64,000 bases of DNA from a virus. The notes beneath the pieces are model-generated. The model saw nothing but the letters and a program-made list of their open reading frames with translations. It searched no databases and was not told the DNA's origin. Location: positions 64,001 through 128,000 of IMG/VR virus record IMGVR_UViG_3300045988_130750; one strand, written 5' to 3'. Position 1 is the stretch's first letter; each line of letters opens with the position of its first letter. Below, piece after piece: positions 33,257 to 41,675 of this stretch. Position numbers and translations under genes: made by a program.

Positions 33257-34342
33257 ATGGCAAGAGCATTAGCGCATATTGAAGAAATTAATTCTATTAT
33301 CCCAATTGAGGGCAAGGATAGAATTGTATTAGCAACAGTATTAGGTTGGACAGTAATTGTTCAAAAGGATTTTAAGGTAGGAGATAAGGTTGTATTTGCA
33401 GAGATTGATTCTGTATTTCCTGATAAGCCTGAGTTTGAATTTTTAAGAAATAAGAAATTCCGTATTAAGACAATGAAGATGGCAGGCGTAATTAGCCAGG
33501 GAATTGTATTCCCATTATCAATTCTTCCAGAAGGAGAATATAACATTGGTGATGATGTAACAGATATTCTTGGCATCACACAGTATGAACCAACAATGGA
33601 TAAAGAAGAGATGGATACAGAAAGTATAAAGACACCTGTGAAGAAATATCCTGAATTTTTAATGAGAATGAGTTGGTTTAGAAAGCTTGTATTACCAAAG
33701 AAACAGGCTAAAGGTTTCCCAAGTTTTATTAGTAAGACTGACGAAACAAGAATTCAGAATGCACCTTTCTATCTGAATATGGATTGTAATTGGATTGCAA
33801 CAGAAAAGGTAGATGGACAGAGTGGTTCATTTACATTGCAGCGAGTAAAGGGTAAGCATTTTTGGAATAAGGATACATATGATTTCGCAGTTTGTTCAAG
33901 AAATCTTAGAAAGTGGAAGAAAGATACATCTTCGTTTTGGAGCGTTGCTGAGAAATACAACATCGAAGAGGTTCTTCATAAGTTAATTGGAGACAACGAG
34001 TGGGTAGCAATTCAAGGAGAATGTGTTGCATCTAATGTTCAGGGCAATAAATATCATGTTACAGAACCAGATTTATATGTTTTCAATTTAATTTATCCAA
34101 GTGGAAGAGTCGGATCTGTAGAAGCAAAGAAGATTGTAAATAATTTAGGGTTAAAGTTTGTTCCTATTTTATCTGAAAATGCACAGATTAAAGGAATGAC
34201 TGTACCAGAAGTTCTTGAATATGCAACAGGCAAAAGTCAGTTATATGACACTCTAAGAGAGGGAATTGTATTCAGAAGCGAAGATGGAAAGCAGTCATTT
34301 AAGGCAGTTAGTCCTGAGTTTTTATTGAAGAATAACGAGTAG
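33257..34342 (+). CDS. ATP-dependent RNA ligase, Rnl5-like (DraRnl/NgrRnl type) with N-terminal OB-like domain
   Basis: N-terminal LAHIEEINSIIPIEGKDRIVLATVLGWTVIVQKDFKVGDKVVFAEIDSVFP; motif I EKVDGQS; then CSRN, IQGECV, LYVFNL, EGIVFR, FKAVSPEF. Confidence 0.7.
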   Translation: MARALAHIEEINSIIPIEGKDRIVLATVLGWTVIVQKDFKVGDKVVFAEIDSVFPDKPEFEFLRNKKFRIKTMKMAGVISQGIVFPLSILPEGEYNIGDDVTDILGITQYEPTMDKEEMDTESIKTPVKKYPEFLMRMSWFRKLVLPKKQAKGFPSFISKTDETRIQNAPFYLNMDCNWIATEKVDGQSGSFTLQRVKGKHFWNKDTYDFAVCSRNLRKWKKDTSSFWSVAEKYNIEEVLHKLIGDNEWVAIQGECVASNVQGNKYHVTEPDLYVFNLIYPSGRVGSVEAKKIVNNLGLKFVPILSENAQIKGMTVPEVLEYATGKSQLYDTLREGIVFRSEDGKQSFKAVSPEFLLKNNE

Positions 34343-34350
34343 GTAACGAT

Positions 34351-34536
34351 ATGAGTAGTATTTCAGTTGGTGAATTGAAATCTATTCTTGAAAATTATCC
34401 AGACGATTATGAAGTTGTTATGAACATTAAGCACAAATATCCAATCTCTAAGGAGGAATGTCTTAGAGGTTGGCGTGCTTATATCAATGGCGTAAAAGCT
34501 GATGATGATTTTCGAGAGATTAGATTAATGAATTAG
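34351..34536 (+). CDS. hypothetical protein
   Basis: ATG follows GAGTAGGTAACGAT. Confidence 0.55.
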   Translation: MSSISVGELKSILENYPDDYEVVMNIKHKYPISKEECLRGWRAYINGVKADDDFREIRLMN

Positions 34537-34562
34537 GAGAATAAAATACGAGAGGTAATTCG

Positions 34563-35072
34563 ATGAGATGTAGAGATTGTCCTTATGGAATTGAAGATTT
34601 TACATTAAGAACAGAAATGTATAAATCGGTATATGGTGAATATCCAGATGAAGATAGAACTAATGAATCAGAACAATTTGTTTGGTGCGATAAAGTTGGC
34701 GGTAAAGTATATTCTTTTGGTCATTGTAGTGATTGGTATGAACAAGACGAAGAAAATTATAAGAATCATTCTAAGAAAAAGAGAATAAATAAACGTGAGA
34801 GATATTTGAAACATCAGAATCATCTCAAATATTTATATGAAACTGTTGGTGGTTATTATCCAACGCCTGTTAGATATGTGGATGAAATATGGATTAAGGG
34901 TGTTGGTTATGTTAAAAATCAAAAACCATATTATCAGAGATTGTATCGTGGTAAGAAAAGTAAATATTTGCAACAGTTATCTAATAGGAAAATACGCAGA
35001 TATAAAGGTGAGTTGCATAATGGCTATCAGCATATCCATAAAATTTTTGATTGGTGGAATGAATTTTGTTAG
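34563..35072 (+). CDS. hypothetical Cys-containing basic protein
   Basis: ATG follows GAGAGGTAATTCG. Confidence 0.6.
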   Translation: MRCRDCPYGIEDFTLRTEMYKSVYGEYPDEDRTNESEQFVWCDKVGGKVYSFGHCSDWYEQDEENYKNHSKKKRINKRERYLKHQNHLKYLYETVGGYYPTPVRYVDEIWIKGVGYVKNQKPYYQRLYRGKKSKYLQQLSNRKIRRYKGELHNGYQHIHKIFDWWNEFC

Positions 35073-35084
35073 GAGAATAAAGAT

Positions 35085-35555
35085 ATGAAGATAGATTTAA
35101 TCAAATTAAAATTCAATGATACTTGTGCATATAAGCATAAACCATTTCAGTATTGCTGTGATGAAATTCAGAATGATAAAGCTATTGTATTTACAGGCGA
35201 AGATTTAGTTCATAGTGACGATTGTTGGGATGACGAAAGATACATTCCTCAATTTTGTACTTCATATACTGAAACATTTAACTCTTGGGGTGACGAATGG
35301 GAACAGACAGACAATTTCCCAATTAAATTCTGTCCTCATTGCGGCAAAAAGATTGAGATTTCAGTTGTAGATGAGATTGATGTATCTGATAAGTACAATG
35401 AGTTATCTAAGCATCGTGAGGAATTGTGGAGGAAGTGTCAGAAAACAGATAGCAAGAAGAAAGAATCTGAACTAAGAGAACAGGTTGGAAAGCTTGATAA
35501 ACAGATTGATAGTTTCTATTGGTTAGATGAGTGGAAAGGAGAAACTTATGAATAG
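35085..35555 (+). CDS. zinc-ribbon protein
   Basis: ATG follows TAGGAGAATAAAGAT. Contains CPHCG. Confidence 0.6.
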   Translation: MKIDLIKLKFNDTCAYKHKPFQYCCDEIQNDKAIVFTGEDLVHSDDCWDDERYIPQFCTSYTETFNSWGDEWEQTDNFPIKFCPHCGKKIEISVVDEIDVSDKYNELSKHREELWRKCQKTDSKKKESELREQVGKLDKQIDSFYWLDEWKGETYE

Positions 35556-35748
35556 AAATTTGGATGGATATTATTTTAGAGTTAAAAGAGATGAAAAATG
35601 GGACAATGTTTGTTGGTCTGATATGACAGATGAAGAAAGAGACGAGCAAATGACTAATCGTAGTGAAGAATGGTTAAAGTCGCTGTGTAAGGGACTTGGT
35701 AATGTTATTCATAAGATTGGTGAAGATTTGGATATTGCGTGTGAATAA
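35548..35748 (+). CDS. hypothetical protein
   Basis: ATG 35548 follows GGAAAGGAGAAACTT. Overlaps the upstream gene by 8 nt. Confidence 0.6.
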   Translation: MNRNLDGYYFRVKRDEKWDNVCWSDMTDEERDEQMTNRSEEWLKSLCKGLGNVIHKIGEDLDIACE

Positions 35749-35790
35749 CAGTAAATTCAGGTTTCTTGGTTATAATATGGAGGTGAAAAT

Positions 35791-36426
35791 TTGAAAGACA
35801 TTTTAGGTAGAGAGATTAAAGATGGTGATATGTGTATTGGAATGGCAATAGGTAGAAATTCACCAGGAATGCATATTGGAGTTTTTCAAGGTAGCTCAGT
35901 TGTTTATTTAGGATATAGCGAAGAATATATTAATAAAAGTTGTACAAGCAATACATATCTGATCGAAAATCCAACGAAAAAGGAGTTGGAAATTAGAGAT
36001 AAAATAAATATACTCCTTCAGAAAGAAGCAGAAGAGCGAGAGCGAAAAGCAAATTTAAAAACAATTCCGTTAAGTAAATTAGAAGTGGGTGGAATTTACA
36101 AATCAACTCAAGGGGAAATGTATTTATATCTTGGTAAGAAAAAAGTAATTTTCGAAGATTTTGATTGTAGTAATACTGATATAAAAGAAGGGTACTGTTT
36201 TGCTTATGTATATAATAGTGATTATGAATCAGATGAAAAAATTTTAGAAAGAGCTTTGGAAATTAATACATATCGAAGAAGTCATTCTATTTCAGTTTTA
36301 AAAGGCAATAAAAAGTTGACAGATATTGTTAGAAAGGTTGATTTGAAGTTTCCACTAATCAAAGAGGAAAAGCAAGAAGGTAGTTGGAGAAATCATGGAA
36401 ACAACATGAAATTGACCATCGAGTAG
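35791..36426 (+). CDS. hypothetical protein
   Basis: TTG 35791 follows ATGGAGGTGAAAAT. TTTC box at 35762-35769. Confidence 0.6.
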   Translation: MKDILGREIKDGDMCIGMAIGRNSPGMHIGVFQGSSVVYLGYSEEYINKSCTSNTYLIENPTKKELEIRDKINILLQKEAEERERKANLKTIPLSKLEVGGIYKSTQGEMYLYLGKKKVIFEDFDCSNTDIKEGYCFAYVYNSDYESDEKILERALEINTYRRSHSISVLKGNKKLTDIVRKVDLKFPLIKEEKQEGSWRNHGNNMKLTIE

Positions 36427-36494
36427 AGAATATTAAAGCAAGAATAAAATCAATGATTTTTATAATTAGGAAAGATAAAAGAGGTGAACGATTA

Positions 36495-37121
36495 ATGTCT
36501 TTGGCATATAAAAATGACACATACAACTATAATGGCGAATATGAAATGGGTTCATTAAATAAATTTGCACGAGCAGAAAGAAGATTGTCTGCAAAGAAGC
36601 AGGCATTGGATGATATGAAGAATGAATATGATCTTATTGAACAACAGGCATTTCGCACTTATAAAGAAAATATTCAGTATATGTTACTTGATCAGACATC
36701 TACAATTAAAACGTGTAGAGAATGGTTAAATATGTTATCAAAGAATCAGGATGCTGATGGGAATAAACTTGATAAAAGAAAGAAGTATAAGGAAAAGGAA
36801 ACATATGATTGGTATATTGACTATATTAAAAAGCTTCTTGACATTGAATATATGAATGATGTTAAATTCATTGACTTCAATTTTGGTCAAGCTACTAATA
36901 TTCAGTTTGAATACAAAGAGCATAACTGGTATTTAGAAATTCCTCATATTAAAGCTATCAGCTTAGATGCATATAAGAATTATGGTGGCAGTGTATTTAA
37001 ACTTGCGTTAGTACACAATGATACAGAATATAGTTGTAGTTGGTCGCAGTTTGGTTCTACATATGAGGAAGATGATTTAAAAGATATTATGGTACAAGGT
37101 GTTGAGAAATATTGTAATTAG
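36495..37121 (+). CDS. hypothetical protein
   Basis: Start refined to ATG 36495 after AAGAGGTGAACGATTA. Confidence 0.6.
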   Translation: MSLAYKNDTYNYNGEYEMGSLNKFARAERRLSAKKQALDDMKNEYDLIEQQAFRTYKENIQYMLLDQTSTIKTCREWLNMLSKNQDADGNKLDKRKKYKEKETYDWYIDYIKKLLDIEYMNDVKFIDFNFGQATNIQFEYKEHNWYLEIPHIKAISLDAYKNYGGSVFKLALVHNDTEYSCSWSQFGSTYEEDDLKDIMVQGVEKYCN

Positions 37122-37236
37122 TTGAGGCGGCTTCGTAAGAAACCAATCTTTCTTTTGGAAATTAAATAATATAGTTGTCTATAGGAGGGAATGAGGTTGA
37201 AGCTTCGATAAATGTACATTTACTCTTATATATAAA

Positions 37237-37902
37237 ATGAATTTTTTGTTTTTGAGCAATTTAGGACTAGAATATTTAAATAATGGATTTACAACAATAG
37301 AGTTAGTTTCAAAATTTTACGATGTCAGTATTGATACCATTAAGACAATAATAAAGAGAAATCGTGATATATTTGGGGATATTGGATACAAGACTATAGA
37401 GAAAGATGAATTACAAAGGGTTATATCAGAGAACCCTGATAAAAGAATAAGCAGACGTTGCCGTTGCTTAGCAGTATTAAATAACAAATGTGTTATATAT
37501 CTTGCATATTTACAATCGTCAACAAAATTAACATGTGAAATTATTGATATTAATATGAAATTGAATTATAAACTTCACAATGCAATATTAAACAGATATT
37601 CAAGTACAAGTTTTGAAAAGAAATATGAAAAAGAATTAAGCTTTTTAGTACATAGCATTTTTGATGAATTTCATAAAATTGACGAACAAGTGTGCTGTGA
37701 AAAATATAAAATTGATTTTGTTATAGATGACTATTTAGCTATTGAATGTGATGAAGATGGACATTCTAACTACAATCAACAAGAAGAAATAAAAAGAGAA
37801 AAATGTATTATTTCTAATGGATATAAAATATTAAGGTATGACACAAGAGAAAATAATATGTTGAAATTTATAGGTCAAATTAGTAATTGCTTATGTAAAT
37901 AA
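37237..37902 (+). CDS. PD-(D/E)xK endonuclease of DUF559/Vsr-like type with N-terminal HTH-like region
   Basis: KIDFVIDDYLAIECDEDGHSNY...REKCIISNGYKILRY fits the DUF559 pattern (iDf...laiE.DG..H...R...L...Gy.vlRf). No SD. Confidence 0.55.
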   Translation: MNFLFLSNLGLEYLNNGFTTIELVSKFYDVSIDTIKTIIKRNRDIFGDIGYKTIEKDELQRVISENPDKRISRRCRCLAVLNNKCVIYLAYLQSSTKLTCEIIDINMKLNYKLHNAILNRYSSTSFEKKYEKELSFLVHSIFDEFHKIDEQVCCEKYKIDFVIDDYLAIECDEDGHSNYNQQEEIKREKCIISNGYKILRYDTRENNMLKFIGQISNCLCK

Positions 37903-37941
37903 ATATCGGTTTCATGTGATGTAAGAAAGGAGAATTATATT

Positions 37942-38508
37942 ATGAAGAAATTATTTATTAGTCAACCAATGAGAGGTAAAACAGATGAGGAAATTTTGTT
38001 AGAAAGAAAAAGAGCAATAGAAGCAGCAAAAACAAAAATTGGAGAAGATGTAGAGGTTATTGAGAGCTTTTTCAAAGACGCACCAGTTGATGCAAAACCG
38101 CTTTGGTATCTTGCAAAGTCTATTGAGTTATTAGCAACGGCAGATATCGCATACTTTGTTGATGGATGGGATAAAATGCGTGGTTGTAAAATCGAATATG
38201 AGTGTGCAACAGAATATGATATTGAAACGATTGCTGAAGGTGAAATGGAATGTCTATGGCGTTTTTATTGGGATTGTGGTAGACAGGGCGAAGTCGAAGG
38301 TGTGTTCAAGGCGACAAAAGAAGAAGTAGATAATGTGATTGGTAAGGATGTATATTTCGGAGAAATTCTTGGAAAACACAGTGAAGTATATGGAACGATT
38401 GAAGAGGGAGAAATCACATTAGAATCTGATGATCCATTAGTTGTAAAAAATGCTGTAGAAAGTGGCTATAATCCACTTGATTATTTAGAAGAAGATGGAG
38501 ATGATTAA
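37942..38508 (+). CDS. DUF4406 / nucleoside 2-deoxyribosyltransferase-like protein with C-terminal extension
   Basis: KKLFISQPMRGKTDEEI ... ADIAYFVDGWDKMRGCKIEYECA resembles the DUF4406 pattern (ISGPM ... GWe.S.Ga..E...A). Confidence 0.5.
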   Translation: MKKLFISQPMRGKTDEEILLERKRAIEAAKTKIGEDVEVIESFFKDAPVDAKPLWYLAKSIELLATADIAYFVDGWDKMRGCKIEYECATEYDIETIAEGEMECLWRFYWDCGRQGEVEGVFKATKEEVDNVIGKDVYFGEILGKHSEVYGTIEEGEITLESDDPLVVKNAVESGYNPLDYLEEDGDD

Positions 38509-38630
38509 TCAATAAAAGTCGCAGTAAATTTCGATTTCATGTTAACAGAAAGAGAGAATACATAAGTGTAACAAGGCGATAAGCCTAAAATATAAAGTTT
38601 AAAAATCAAAGTTAAAAAGGAGAGAACATT

Positions 38631-39272
38631 ATGACAACAGAAAAGATGACAATTCATAAGGCACTTGCAGAGTTAAAAATCGTAGATGATAGAATTATTT
38701 CTGCAATCAATGGTGGTACTTATTGTGTAGCAAATAAGCATTCCAACGAAAAGATCAAGGGTGTACCAGTTAAGGAATACGAAGGCGTTATGCAAGGTTA
38801 TTACGATAAGGCAACAGACCTTATTAAAAGAAGAAATGCAATCAAGAGAGCGGTTGTTTTATCAAATGCTACAACAAAAGTTTCTATTAATGGCATTGAA
38901 TACACAGTGGCAGAAGCTATTGAGATGAAGAATCATGGGGTAGAGTTTGATGAGAAGATGTTAACTGCATTAAAGAAGCAATATGACAAGGCACAGGCTG
39001 AAATCCTCAAACAGAACGGTGATGACCTTGAAAAGAGAGCAGAACAATATGTAATTGGCATTTACGGTTCTAAGGAAGGTAAAACTAATACAGATGATTT
39101 CGAGAAGACAAAGAAAGATTTCATCAATGCAAATTCATATGAGTTGATTGATCCTATTAAGATTTTGGACAAAATTAACACATTAGAAGAGAATATTGCA
39201 TCTTTCAAAGCAGAAGTAGATGCTGCACTTAGCACATCAAATGCTGTAACAGAGATTGAAATTAACTATTAA
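38631..39272 (+). CDS. hypothetical helical protein, probably highly expressed
   Basis: Strong SD AAAAAGGAGAGAACATT. Flanked on both sides by AAAGTT repeats. Faint resemblance to the DIP1984/septicolysin-type helical family (low certainty). Confidence 0.6.
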   Translation: MTTEKMTIHKALAELKIVDDRIISAINGGTYCVANKHSNEKIKGVPVKEYEGVMQGYYDKATDLIKRRNAIKRAVVLSNATTKVSINGIEYTVAEAIEMKNHGVEFDEKMLTALKKQYDKAQAEILKQNGDDLEKRAEQYVIGIYGSKEGKTNTDDFEKTKKDFINANSYELIDPIKILDKINTLEENIASFKAEVDAALSTSNAVTEIEINY

Positions 39273-39574
39273 AGAGAGAATAGTTAATTAGAAGTTATTC
39301 ACTGTTTACCGAAAACTTTAAACTACAACTCATCAGTCTTTTGCAGAGATAGACTTATGTAAAGCTGAAAAAGAAATCTGCAAAATAATAAAAAATATTA
39401 CAAATTATTGAATTAATAAAAGATGATTAATTTATATGATTTGTATAATTTCAACTTACTACAGTACATAATTCGGCAAGATAATGGTGAAACCATTGGC
39501 TGATATGTATAACATTAAATATGAAATTATACTATAATTATCAGATTGCCTACGATAATGATAGGTGTGTGCTG

Positions 39575-39670
39575 TAAAGTTTAAAGTTATAAGGCTCAAA
39601 TAACAACGCTCAGAAGTTCAAAGTTTAAATTATGAGTCAAAGTTAAAAGAGTAAATAGTAAAGTTGTAAA
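39575..39670. repeat. cluster of AAGTT-core direct repeats (iteron-like)
   Basis: GTAAAGTTTAAAGTTAT, GAAGTTCAAAGTTTAAAT, TCAAAGTTAAAAG and GTAAAGTTGTAAAG lie within 96 bp. Extra copies occur at 38593-38618, plus an inverted copy at 39314-39323. Confidence 0.6.
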
Positions 39671-40219
39671 GATTTATCAAATCCTTGATACACAGTTTAG
39701 CATAGTTGTATTTGGCTATAAGCATCTGCAAGGCTGGTAAATGGTGAATAATTTTATATAAAACCTTGGGTGTTTTATGGAGTGTTTAAGCACTCTATTT
39801 TTCCAAGAGTGAAATTAATGAGTTGCAGGAATATTCGAGAGTAATTAACTTGAATATTCCATTAAACATCCAAGTGAAAGGTAATCCCAAATATTCACAA
39901 AACAATGGGATAGAGGCTATGGTTCTTAGCCGTTTATCAAATATTTTGATAATAAATGGTATTTTTAAAAGCCAATGAATCTGACATTTCTTTGGCTTTA
40001 CAAACCTAGTGTTTACAAGGGTTTCAGAGGTCAAAAATTTCAAAAATGCTCAAATCGAGCAAAAATCCATAATTTTCAATGATTTTTAGAGAATAACAAA
40101 AATGAAGTGCTGAAAACCCCTTATAAATCAATGGTTTTACAGTATCAATATCAAGAAACAGAGAATATAAGAATAACAAGAAATCACTGTTTCATTGGGA
40201 AATTTGAGGAGGTGAGAAT

Positions 40220-40723
40220 ATGGAAGTAAGAGTTAGATTATCGGATGCACATAATACAATTAAAGAATATGAAAACTTAGGATACAGATTTATCGGATCA
40301 AGACAAGATATTAAATATGTAAACCTTTTCTTTGAAGAAGTCCATATACCAAAAGAGAATAATGTAACAGATATAAAATTTAACATCGGAGATTTCGTAG
40401 AAAATAGAGATGGAAGAATTGGTTACATTTCAGATATATGTCATTGTGATGAATGTAAAAAGCGTGGGTTCTTTGAGCCAACAATTCAGTATTCAGATGG
40501 TACAAACGATTACATATCAAATTATTCTGTAAAATACGTTTCTAAAGACTATAAACAGATTGGTACTCAGAAGTTCGATAATGACTATTATGAGAAAGAA
40601 ATTGAAAGCTTGAAACATCAATTAAAGATGGAGAAAAGTAAAAGTGCTTATTGGAAGATGAAATCCAATGGAGAAGAACCTGTTTTAATGGGTACAAGAG
40701 AAGGAATGGTTCACATTCTTTGA
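40220..40723 (+). CDS. hypothetical protein
   Basis: ATG follows TTGAGGAGGTGAGAAT. TTTC box at 40190-40198. Confidence 0.65.
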   Translation: MEVRVRLSDAHNTIKEYENLGYRFIGSRQDIKYVNLFFEEVHIPKENNVTDIKFNIGDFVENRDGRIGYISDICHCDECKKRGFFEPTIQYSDGTNDYISNYSVKYVSKDYKQIGTQKFDNDYYEKEIESLKHQLKMEKSKSAYWKMKSNGEEPVLMGTREGMVHIL

Positions 40724-40757
40724 TAGTAACAGAGGATATATGGCTAAGAGGTGAGAA

Positions 40758-41156
40758 ATGAATACACAGCTATGCAAAGCAAAAAGCATTCGTAATGGTT
40801 AATGGGTTTATGGATATTATGTAAAGGGTTTAGATATGTATGATAAAGAAATTCATCTGATATTTGAACCTACGACAGTATTTTATTCTCATGGTGAAAC
40901 CGATGGTTTTGAAGAAATAGATCCAAAGACATTATGTAGATGCACTGGCAGTCATGATAAGAATGGTAATTTAATCTTTGAAAACGATATTCTAAACGGA
41001 GAATTATATAATGTAGTCTCTTATGGGAATGGTGAGAATGAATTTCTTGGAATGAATGTTGGTTGGTACGTTCAGAGAGATAATTTTGAATCATGGTGTG
41101 AATTAAACGATTTAGAAATGTATGAAGTAACAGGAAATATCTTAGATAATATCTAA
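40758..41156 (+). pseudogene. YopX-family gene interrupted by one in-frame TAA (40800-40802)
   Basis: Strong SD AAGAGGTGAGAA before ATG 40758. MNTQLCKAKSIRNG*WVYGYYVKG... continues in frame into track ORF 40836..41156 (CTGSHDKNGNLIFENDIL, YEVTGNILDN), all typical of YopX. Confidence 0.65.
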
Positions 41157-41260
41157 TTAGTCTTGAACGATTCAGTTCAAAAATTCCAAAATAAAATGTC
41201 ACGAATAATATATAAAAATCGAGACAAAAAAGAGAATAAATAAGTGAGGTGAGAAATATT

Positions 41261-41443
41261 ATGAAAAGTTATAATTTTGAAGTTGCACATGGTTACGATG
41301 TATTAAAAGGTTTTGTTGAAGCAGAATCAAAAGAAGAGGCAATTAAAAAGATTGAAAATGAAGAATGGAACGATGTTTATGATGAGTGCGATGGCGGTTG
41401 GGATGAACCTGTAAAAGGATATGAGATTATTGATATTTGGTAA
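41261..41443 (+). CDS. hypothetical acidic protein
   Basis: ATG 41261 follows AGTGAGGTGAGAAATATT. Confidence 0.6.
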   Translation: MKSYNFEVAHGYDVLKGFVEAESKEEAIKKIENEEWNDVYDECDGGWDEPVKGYEIIDIW

Positions 41444-41675
41444 AATTCTTAATAAATCTAATCCGACTTAATCAAGTCAAAAATTCCAAAAACAAATAAC
41501 TGAACAGAGAATATATGAATGGGTGGTTAGCAGCATACCCTTGAGTTTTTGCACTCAAAAATCACTGTTTATGGATAAATTTTCATATAGATTTACTTCC
41601 ATGTTCCGTCCTGATAAGGGCGTTTATATATAAGTTATTTATTAAATTTTATTACATATAAGGAGGATTCATTTA

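Noticed and set aside
39575-39670. Possible CRISPR array, because of short direct repeats
   Set aside because: The repeats are only about 8-10 bp, irregularly spaced and imperfect, with no spacer-like unique segments of constant length and no cas genes. They are iteron-like rather than CRISPR-like.
39795-40043. 82-aa minus-strand ORF inside the large non-coding region
   Set aside because: It has no SD and no promoter, the translation looks random, and it runs through the hairpin series. The region is better treated as non-coding.
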